Assembly (NCBI GenBank): GCA_030608565.1
Contig: JAUWDY010000005.1
Span: forward strand, 5,359 to 69,358
Length of the DNA: 64,000 bases
DNA from: Candidatus Bathyarchaeota archaeon
Lineage (GTDB): Archaea; Thermoproteota; Bathyarchaeia; Bathyarchaeales; Bathyarchaeaceae
Reading direction: 5' to 3'
Positions 43,801 to 49,629 of the stretch are shown in pieces. The notes under the pieces are model-generated. The model had not been told where the DNA came from. It made no database searches and saw only the letters and a program-made list of their open reading frames with translations. The position numbers and the translations under genes are program-made. Each line of letters opens with the position of its first letter. The first letter of the stretch is position 1.

Positions 43801-44874
43801 ACCAACAACGCCAATCGTGAGCTCATACTGAACTATTGTCTCAATAAAGACGGCGGTTAAAGTGTGATCATCATCCATAGTAACTGTATAAGGGTCAGCC
43901 GAGCCAACGTTAACACCATCCAGAAGCCAATGACTCAACTCCCAACCACCATCAGGAATAGCATCAACAGGAACCCCTAAACCCTCATCATACAAGTGAG
44001 TGCCGGGAGCAGGATCGGTAGTACCAGAACCAACAACGCCGATAGTTAAAGTGTACTGGGTTCCACCGATGTTGCTGAAGAATCCGCTTTCCTTGATTAG
44101 CTCTCCTTCCGCATCTCCCTTAGTTTCTCCTATGCCGTTTATGATGTATGTGAATGACCAGTCAATGTCCAAAGTTGTCTCCGCTTCAGCTTGTACATGG
44201 AATGTGAATGTGGATAGCCAACCGTTGCCTTGGGCACCGGGTGCGGGTCCACTGCTTGTTGTACCAGCCATGATGTCTCCCCAATCCTGATCTATGAGTG
44301 CTGTTGGCGTGAGGTTAGGCTGGGGATAAGCCCCCCCATTCGCAGCCACAGTATAGGTGTTCACAAGGTTGTCCTTCATAGTTAGCTGGGTACCTAAAAC
44401 AGAAGCAACCTGGTTCTCCTCGCTATTACTGTCATCTTCAATCAAAACTGCGTAACCTGCCGTAAACTTTGATCCATCAGCAACGTTCACTATTTTCTGG
44501 CCTGAAGCAGCATCCGCAGTTAGAAGACCCCATGGTCCTACTCTAGGAGCAACTAGGAAGTCACCCCATATAACCGTGGCATCTATGTCCAACACAGAGG
44601 GCTCCCACTTCATGTAAACCTGCCAGGCATAAACATCAGTGCCTTCATTAAAGTCGGCGTCAGAAATCATTATGTCAACTGTGAAGCTGTTGCCTGGCGT
44701 CAAGCCTGAATCAATAACGCTTGGAGGGTCCACATATATGGTTGGGAGGACGGCAGCTTGTGCCAAGTTTGTGTGGGGCAAGGGGCTGCTGGCAAATATA
44801 TTGATGAAAACGAATGTAAGGACTAGAAAGAGTAGGGGCCATTTTAGGAGACGAAGTTTCAATTTTGTTACCAC
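40819..44874 (-). CDS. 1351-aa scaffoldin-like secreted protein: insert-bearing cohesin-like module, 6 repeats, second cohesin, 4 repeats, Ig-like domain, helical C-terminal domain
   Basis: It has a signal peptide. Residues 41-267 form cohesin-like module 1, which carries a ~100-aa insert. Residues 273-729 and 871-1176 hold ten ~78-aa repeats (QYTLTI.VVGSGTT.P.PG...YDEG..VPVDAIPDSGW.L.HWLLDGV.VGSADPYTVTM...H.LTAVF), resembling InlB-B/Listeria-Bacteroides-type repeats. Residues 731-866 form cohesin 2 (EGPFIKDQTTSP subtype). The C-terminal helical part (KMLKAFINQLKAQSGKHITIEAADILL) resembles FIMAH-type domains. There is no dockerin and no TM tail. Confidence 0.8.
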   Translation of the reverse strand: MVTKLKLRLLKWPLLFLVLTFVFINIFASSPLPHTNLAQAAVLPTIYVDPPSVIDSGLTPGNSFTVDIMISDADFNEGTDVYAWQVYMKWEPSVLDIDATVIWGDFLVAPRVGPWGLLTADAASGQKIVNVADGSKFTAGYAVLIEDDSNSEENQVASVLGTQLTMKDNLVNTYTVAANGGAYPQPNLTPTALIDQDWGDIMAGTTSSGPAPGAQGNGWLSTFTFHVQAEAETTLDIDWSFTYIINGIGETKGDAEGELIKESGFFSNIGGTQYTLTIGVVGSGTTDPAPGTHLYDEGLGVPVDAIPDGGWELSHWLLDGVNVGSADPYTVTMDDDHTLTAVFIETIVQYELTIGVVGSGTTVPAPGVHLYDEGTLVPVDAIPDSGYMLDYWLLDGVNVGSADPYTVTMNADHTLTAYFVVIPPIQYTLTLSVVGSGTTVPSPDTYTFDAGTEVEVASIPDSGWELSHWLLDGVDVGSADPYTVIMNDNRTLTAVFVEMPTEYTLTIEVVGSGTTNPSLGTHQYDAGSEVPVATIPDSGWELNHWLLDGVNVGSADPYTVTMDDNHTLTAVFTEIPPTQYELTIGVVGSGTTDPAPGTHLYDEGLGVPVDAIPDSGWELSHWLLDGVDVGSGDPYTVTMNADHALTAYFVEIPPTQYTLTISVTGSGTTDPSPGSYLHDEGLGVPVDAIPDSGYMLDYWLLDGVDVGSADPYTVTMDDDHSLTAVFTEVSAVLMYVDPSVVSAGPGDSFTLNINIQNVEDLFAYEVKLGFNKTVLGPFDVEEGPFIKDQTTSPVGTYFTYIIDDDYAYVACVTLGKYPGVSGSGNLFTVTFNVLDTGESDLPLYDSILLDSSGDPISHDTTGGYFSTPPPTQYTLTIDVVGSGTTVPAPGVHLYDEGSEVPVDAIPDSGWELSHWLLDGVDVGSADPYTVTMDANHTLTAVFVELPPTQYELTIDVVGAGTTEPSPGTYLYDEGSEVPVDAIPDSGWMLDHWLLDGVDVGSVDPYTVTMNTDHTLTAVFGELPPTQYTLTISVVGSGTTVPTPGTYQHDEGSGVPVDAIPDSGWMLNHWLLDGVDVGSADPYTVTMNDDHTLTAVFTEIPPTQYTLTISVVGSGTTVPAPGVHLYDEGLGVPVDAIPDGGWLLDHWLLDGVDVGSADPYTVTMNDDHSLTAVFTEISGVDVTPPTITINEPVAGDYLHSESITLDFNAVDTESGVASISATLDGITVENGDLIELFTFSLGLHTLTVTAVDNAGNSATETVEFNVIATIDSLIGLVEKFYDLGYIDEEDVASGLIDKLYAAQKKIEQGKPEVAKKMLKAFINQLKAQSGKHITIEAADILLTDAQHVLDNL
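41347..42264 (-). repeat. Four in-frame tandem coding repeats (~231-234 nt each) in the scaffoldin gene
   Basis: These are protein repeats 7-10 (aa 871-1176), the same family as 42688..44058. Confidence 0.85.
42688..44058 (-). repeat. Six in-frame tandem coding repeats (~231-234 nt each) in the scaffoldin gene
   Basis: These are protein repeats 1-6 (aa 273-729). Recurrent nucleotide strings such as ccatccagaagccaatgactcaactcccaaccactatc are visible. Confidence 0.85.
44084..44640 (-). repeat. ~555-bp dispersed direct repeat, copy 1 (insert-bearing cohesin-like module), roughly 90% identical by eye to 46412..46968
   Basis: The two copies align with a constant offset of 2328 nt. For example, cccccccattcgcagccacagtataggtgttcacaaggt and agaagcaacctggttctcctcgctattactgtcatcttcaatcaaaactgcgtaacctgcc occur in both. 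Confidence 0.8.
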
Positions 44875-44948
44875 TCTCCTTATCTCTTCAAGTTACATCT
44901 TATTAGGGGGCGATTTAAGGATTTCTCTGTAAAAGGAATATTCTGCTT

Positions 44949-46091
44949 CTATCTCGCAAACGCTAGCTTCGCAGGGTACTTCGGTTGTTTTCGTTTGTGT
45001 TTGCTCCACCAGATGTAGATGATGACTCCTATTAGAGCGATTTCTAAGGCAGCTCCAAAGGGAAACTCTGGTACAGCGCTGATGGTTACTGAGCCGTCAG
45101 TGGTGGTGTGCTCCATTCTATTGGCTAATCGTTTGTTGGTGAAGTCGTATCCGACAAGTTTTGTATCTGTGAGGTTTAGGCCTGTTGTTCCTGAAGTTCC
45201 ATCTACAGTGAAAGTGATTGTGGCCAAGGTTCCGCTGCCTGATGCTCCTGCGGTGTCTCCGGTGAGAGTGCATGTGACCCAATATCGTCCGTGGGTTGCA
45301 TTGTAGGTGTCGGTGTTGTTTAATACGCTGAAGAAAGTTGTGCCCGCGGATGACAGGAAGGTTCCTTGAGTAACGCTGCCATTGGTTAAGATGTTGTTTT
45401 TGTAGTAGAGTTTGAACTCCCAGCCGTAGAGGTCATCTACGCTGGCGATGTCTATGTCAACAGTAAATGGTGAAGAAGGATCAGATAAACTGGATGGACT
45501 CACACTCATTGTGCCCTTCTGATAAGCGGTTACGGTCACCCAAGCCTCGTACTCGTAGAAGTAGGCGGCGCCTCCACCGCCAGTACCACCTTCAACACGT
45601 AACCTAATGTCTGTTATGTCTGTCCAGCTCCACACTCCATCATTAGGTTCACTTTGGCTAAGCCACACCCTCTCTGGGCTCGTGTAGTCATAGTCTACAC
45701 CAGACCCGATCCAATCCTGCAATACAACCGGGCCGGCAGTTCCTACGTAATAAACAATCCTGTAATTCTCCCCTGTGCCACCCTTTCCAGATTTATAATT
45801 CATCTTGAAGTCGACGAAGGCTATACCCTTTGTTGTAGGTGCTCCGCTTATGCTAAATGTTTTTACTTCTTCATATTCGCTTTTGTCATATGCTATCCGC
45901 GCATAAGTAGCGGTACTGCCATCGTAGGCATCTGCTGGATCATCAACGCCAGCATCTGCAACATGAGCCGTTGGACTAGAATCATATGTAGCCATTGCTG
46001 GGCTTGCGTAAGCTACGTTAAGGAATAGAAGCGTTAATGTTCCATAAAGAACAAGTAAAAAGATTAAACATTTTTTGATCTTATTCAACAC
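44949..46091 (-). CDS. Surface-anchoring cohesin protein: unknown N-terminal domain + cohesin + PEF-CTERM-like sorting tail
   Basis: It has a signal peptide. Residues 193-338 are a cohesin (VDDLYGWEFKLYYKNNIL ... ASGSGTLATITFTV ... TDGSVTIS). The tail is AVPEFPFGAALEIALIGVIIYIWWSKHKRKQPK. Confidence 0.75.
   Translation of the reverse strand: MLNKIKKCLIFLLVLYGTLTLLFLNVAYASPAMATYDSSPTAHVADAGVDDPADAYDGSTATYARIAYDKSEYEEVKTFSISGAPTTKGIAFVDFKMNYKSGKGGTGENYRIVYYVGTAGPVVLQDWIGSGVDYDYTSPERVWLSQSEPNDGVWSWTDITDIRLRVEGGTGGGGAAYFYEYEAWVTVTAYQKGTMSVSPSSLSDPSSPFTVDIDIASVDDLYGWEFKLYYKNNILTNGSVTQGTFLSSAGTTFFSVLNNTDTYNATHGRYWVTCTLTGDTAGASGSGTLATITFTVDGTSGTTGLNLTDTKLVGYDFTNKRLANRMEHTTTDGSVTISAVPEFPFGAALEIALIGVIIYIWWSKHKRKQPKYPAKLAFAR
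44952..45077 (-). other. PEF/PEFG-CTERM-like tripartite sorting signal (motif, TM helix, basic cluster), putative archaeosortase substrate site
   Basis: The signal reads VPEFPFG + AALEIALIGVIIYIWW + SKHKRK. Related tails occur at 49633..49743 (LPEAPFG...KMKKSK) and 52710..52808 (SEPFP...YMRRKRT). Confidence 0.55.
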
Positions 46092-46225
46092 TTATCCTCT
46101 CTCTCTTTCGTAATGTTATTAGGGAAAAATCACATAAAAACGTTATGCAGATCAGTTCTATGTCTCTCTCCTATTCAGCACAAAGTTGTCTTCTTACAAA
46201 AATAAAAAAGGGTATTGGGGTTTTA

Positions 46226-47164
46226 CTAGTAGTTTGCGTAGACTCCGTATTGAAGGGACACCAACGTTAAGTCGATGACGTTAACATAGCCATCGTTGTT
46301 TATGTCTTCTGGGCCTTCATATCCGGGTCCAGACTCGACTTTTAGCGCTACAGAAGACAGGTCGAATATGTCAACAGCGCCATCTGCATTCAAGTCTTCA
46401 TCCTTCGGTAGAAGGAAGTAGCCGCTTTCCTTGATTAGCTCTCCTTCCTCATCTCCCTTAGTTTCTCCTAAGCCATTTATGAGGTATGTGAATGACCAGT
46501 CAATGTTCAAAACTGTCTCCCCTTCAGCTTGTACATAAAATGTGAATGTGGATAGCCAACCGTTGCCTTGAGCACCGGGTGCCGGTCCATGACTTGTTGT
46601 ACCAGCCATGATGTCACCCCAACCATGATCTACGAGCGCCGTTGGCGTGAGGTCAGGCTGAGGATAAGCCCCCCCATTCGCAGCCACAGTATAGGTGTTC
46701 ACAAGGTCGTTCAACATAGTTAGCTGGGTACCTAAAACAGAAGCAACCTGGTTCTCCTCGCTATTACTGTCATCTTCAATCAAAACTGCGTAACCTGCCG
46801 CGAACTTTGATCCATCAGCAACGCTCACTATTTTTTGGCCTGAAGCAGCATTCGCAGTTAGAAGACCCCACGGCCCCACTCTAGGAGCATCCAGAAAGTC
46901 ACCCCATATAACCGTGTCATCTATGTCCAACACCAGAGGATCCCACTTCATGTAAACCTGCCAAGCAAAAACATCAGTGTGTAAATCGTAATCCGCATCA
47001 TAAACATAGATATCGACGTAGAAGATCCCACCCGTTCTTCCAGTATAGTACGTAGGTTCAACTTTGAAGGATGGTGTGGTGTCTGTTGAACCGAAATTTA
47101 TGAAGACTAGACTTAAGAGTAGTGAAAGAAGTAATGATATCCATAGGTTTTTAGTTACTTTCAT
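46226..47164 (-). CDS. Secreted insert-bearing cohesin-like module + divergent dockerin (adaptor-type)
   Basis: It has a signal peptide. Its module is near-identical to scaffoldin module 1 (DVFAWQVYMKWDPLVLDID...GNGWLSTFTFYVQAEGETVLNIDWSF). The dockerin is DLNADGAVDIFDL...EDINNDGYVNVIDL (nt 46229-46405). Confidence 0.75.
   Translation of the reverse strand: MKVTKNLWISLLLSLLLSLVFINFGSTDTTPSFKVEPTYYTGRTGGIFYVDIYVYDADYDLHTDVFAWQVYMKWDPLVLDIDDTVIWGDFLDAPRVGPWGLLTANAASGQKIVSVADGSKFAAGYAVLIEDDSNSEENQVASVLGTQLTMLNDLVNTYTVAANGGAYPQPDLTPTALVDHGWGDIMAGTTSHGPAPGAQGNGWLSTFTFYVQAEGETVLNIDWSFTYLINGLGETKGDEEGELIKESGYFLLPKDEDLNADGAVDIFDLSSVALKVESGPGYEGPEDINNDGYVNVIDLTLVSLQYGVYANY
46412..46968 (-). repeat. 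~555-bp dispersed direct repeat, copy 2 (see 44084..44640)
   Basis: The alignment is the same as described for copy 1. Confidence 0.8.
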
Positions 47165-47240
47165 TCATTCGTCACCTACTATTTTATTCATGTTCCCGTC
47201 CTTAAATAGATTTACCCAAAAAAAATTTGGGGGCTTCGCT

Positions 47241-48137
47241 TTAAGGTACAACGGCGAAGCTGAAGGTTTTCACCTTCTCTCCTGGCGACCAATAGGTTCC
47301 ACTCCAACTATACCAAGCTTTAGCGCTCACATAGTATTTCCCAGCATCCGCAGGTACCAATGGCCCGAAATCCGCTGACAACTCAACTATTACAAGAGGT
47401 GTAACGACAACCTCATCCGTGCTCACAGTGGTCAACAACGTATCGTCGCGCATAATGTCGAACACTACCTTAACGTAGAGGTCAAGGTGGTCAAGGTTTT
47501 TCACCTTAGCATTAAGCGTCTGAATCGCATCTTCGTCTTTTGATACAACAAAGTGGTGGTGTTCTGGCCATGCGCTTCGTCTTACTACGTCAGCACGTGC
47601 AGTTGTATAGAAGTATCCGCCCGCTGTGTCGTGAGACATCGTTGTTCCAGTAGAATCTAGGAGAATAGTATCGTATAGAGGTAGGTCGCACGCTCCAGCA
47701 TCCATGACATTAAAGGTTATACTGACCAGGACTCCGCTGCCGCTAATTCCAGGATATTTCCCTAAGGTGACGCAGGCAACATAAATGTAGTCGCCGCTGA
47801 CGATATACGTGAAGTATGTTCCCATGGGAGATGTGGTCTGATCCTTTATGAAAGGTCCCTCGTCGACACTAACTGGCGTCAGAAGATTGTCATTAAAGCC
47901 TAGTTTAACTTCGTAGGAGAACAGGTCGACAACATCTTGAATGTTTACGGTGATTGTGAAGGAGTCGCCTGGATTCGCAATGTTTTCTTCAAGGTCAACG
48001 GAAAGCAGAGGCAAAGTGACGGGTGCAAATGCTGTGCTCACACTGGATAGAACCATAAGAGACAACAGGAGTAAAGGAAGCCATCTAAGATTTTCCTTTC
48101 TCAAACTCTCACCTTCTCGTGTTGATAATTTACACAC
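47241..48137 (-). CDS. Secreted cohesin (EGPFIKDQTTSP subtype) + C-terminal Ig-like domain
   Basis: The probable start is the TTG at 48104, after GAAGGTGAG. It has a signal peptide. Residues 43-178 are a cohesin (nt 47604-48011). The C-terminal ~115-aa domain ends KTFSFAVVP. There is no dockerin and no TM tail. Confidence 0.7.
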   Translation of the reverse strand: MCKLSTREGESLRKENLRWLPLLLLSLMVLSSVSTAFAPVTLPLLSVDLEENIANPGDSFTITVNIQDVVDLFSYEVKLGFNDNLLTPVSVDEGPFIKDQTTSPMGTYFTYIVSGDYIYVACVTLGKYPGISGSGVLVSITFNVMDAGACDLPLYDTILLDSTGTTMSHDTAGGYFYTTARADVVRRSAWPEHHHFVVSKDEDAIQTLNAKVKNLDHLDLYVKVVFDIMRDDTLLTTVSTDEVVVTPLVIVELSADFGPLVPADAGKYYVSAKAWYSWSGTYWSPGEKVKTFSFAVVP

Positions 48138-48203
48138 ATTGCTATTTTATTCTTTTGGTATTATCTTCTATTACAAAATTACAGATAAGGTACTATCAGC
48201 CAC

Positions 48204-49457
48204 TCATGTAGCCCCAAGGTTCATAGCGACCAACACGAGGTCACGCATATCAACAACGCCATCAGCATTAATGTCGCACTCAGGATCATATTCTGGCTCA
48301 CCTTCAAAAGAGCCAAAAGCAATCGACACCAACGTGATGTCAACCACATTGACAACTCCATCACTGTTGACGTCTCCTACGAGGGAGGTCTTGTAGTAAA
48401 TGTCATAGTTTCCCCAATCTGGTTGGTCTGCCCTATCTGAGGTCCACACTACCCAGATTTTGACAAGATGTGTCTGAACCACTGAGGGCCATATGTCATC
48501 GTACTTGTCTGTGGTGAATTGAAAAATATCTAACCATGTAACACCATCGTCAGATGAGTGCATGTAGTAGATGTCATCGGTTGCTGTTTCCGCGGGTTCA
48601 CGTTGTGACCAGAAAATCCGTATTTTTCTATCTATAGTTTGGAGAACATATGGGTTTGAATCGATCCTTGGGCCACTTGTTATTTGGGTGTCCTCAGACC
48701 ATGAAGCACCAAAGTTAGAAGAGGTTTTATGGTATAAGTCGTAGTTGCCGGTTCTATCAGAGGCCCAGACAACCCAAATCGTATTATCGGACGTTTCTGT
48801 GAGAGAAGGCATTTTGTCGAGACTTGAATCCGTAGTGAGTCGTATGTCGTCAGACCAAGAGGTTTCGTTGTTGTAAGAAAGTTTTCGATACAAATCGTAG
48901 CCTCCACTTCTATCAGAGGCCCAGACAACCCAAATTGACTCATCAGACATCTGGTGGATAGCGGGTTTTAGGTCGTGACCAGAATAGAAAGTTAGTTGAG
49001 TATCGTTAGACCATGAAGCACCAAAGTTTGGGGAAGTCTTGTAGAAAATCTCGTAGTTGCCGGTTCTATCAGAGGCCCAAACAACCCAAATTGTGCCATC
49101 TGAAGCTTGACAAGCGGAAACCCCTGAATTAGCGGTGCCATTTATAGTTAACTGGGTTTCTTGTGACCAGCTAACTCCCCAATTAGTTGAAGTTACATAG
49201 AAGAGATTATAACTGTCAATTATTTTTCTGGTCCAGAAAATCCACAATGTTCCATTATGTGTCTCAATGATGGCTGGAATTCCATCGAAATCCACGTAAG
49301 TGGTTAATCTAACTTCATCATCTGACCATGTTACGGCGCCAACGAGAATTGTTGATACGATTAGTAACAATGTAAACAAAACTGATGCGATAAGTCTCAT
49401 TTTGAAATCTATTTCTACTTGAAAAAGCTGCCCCAGATTCTTCCTCCCTCCTCTCAA
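48204..49457 (-). CDS. Secreted BNR/Asp-box beta-propeller (sialidase-like fold) + C-terminal dockerin
   Basis: Asp-box-like repeats seen: STNWGVSWS, SPNFGASWS, SYNNETSWS, SSNFGASWS, SSDDGVTWL. IWVVWASDR strands recur. The dockerin is GDVNSDGVVNVVDI...CDINADGVVDMRDL (nt 48207-48380). Confidence 0.8.
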   Translation of the reverse strand: MRGGRKNLGQLFQVEIDFKMRLIASVLFTLLLIVSTILVGAVTWSDDEVRLTTYVDFDGIPAIIETHNGTLWIFWTRKIIDSYNLFYVTSTNWGVSWSQETQLTINGTANSGVSACQASDGTIWVVWASDRTGNYEIFYKTSPNFGASWSNDTQLTFYSGHDLKPAIHQMSDESIWVVWASDRSGGYDLYRKLSYNNETSWSDDIRLTTDSSLDKMPSLTETSDNTIWVVWASDRTGNYDLYHKTSSNFGASWSEDTQITSGPRIDSNPYVLQTIDRKIRIFWSQREPAETATDDIYYMHSSDDGVTWLDIFQFTTDKYDDIWPSVVQTHLVKIWVVWTSDRADQPDWGNYDIYYKTSLVGDVNSDGVVNVVDITLVSIAFGSFEGEPEYDPECDINADGVVDMRDLVLVAMNLGAT

Positions 49458-49629
49458 CAGTCTAATGTTAAGTGAACCATTTTACCTTTTCGCTTCTACT
49501 TCCAACGAATGCATGTGCACTGTTTAGCATGCCGTCCAGAATTGTTTACGCTTCTTCAAAATCTCTCCTGTTCAAACCATTTTAGATGTAGCCCACACAC
49601 AAAAAAAGGAGACGCGTGAAAACCCTAGA

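Noticed and set aside
41347-44058. A strongly periodic ~231-234-nt repeat array that could be mistaken for a CRISPR or satellite array
   Set aside because: The repeats are in frame within one long ORF and encode a conserved ~78-aa protein module. There are no unique spacers or short direct repeats of CRISPR type.
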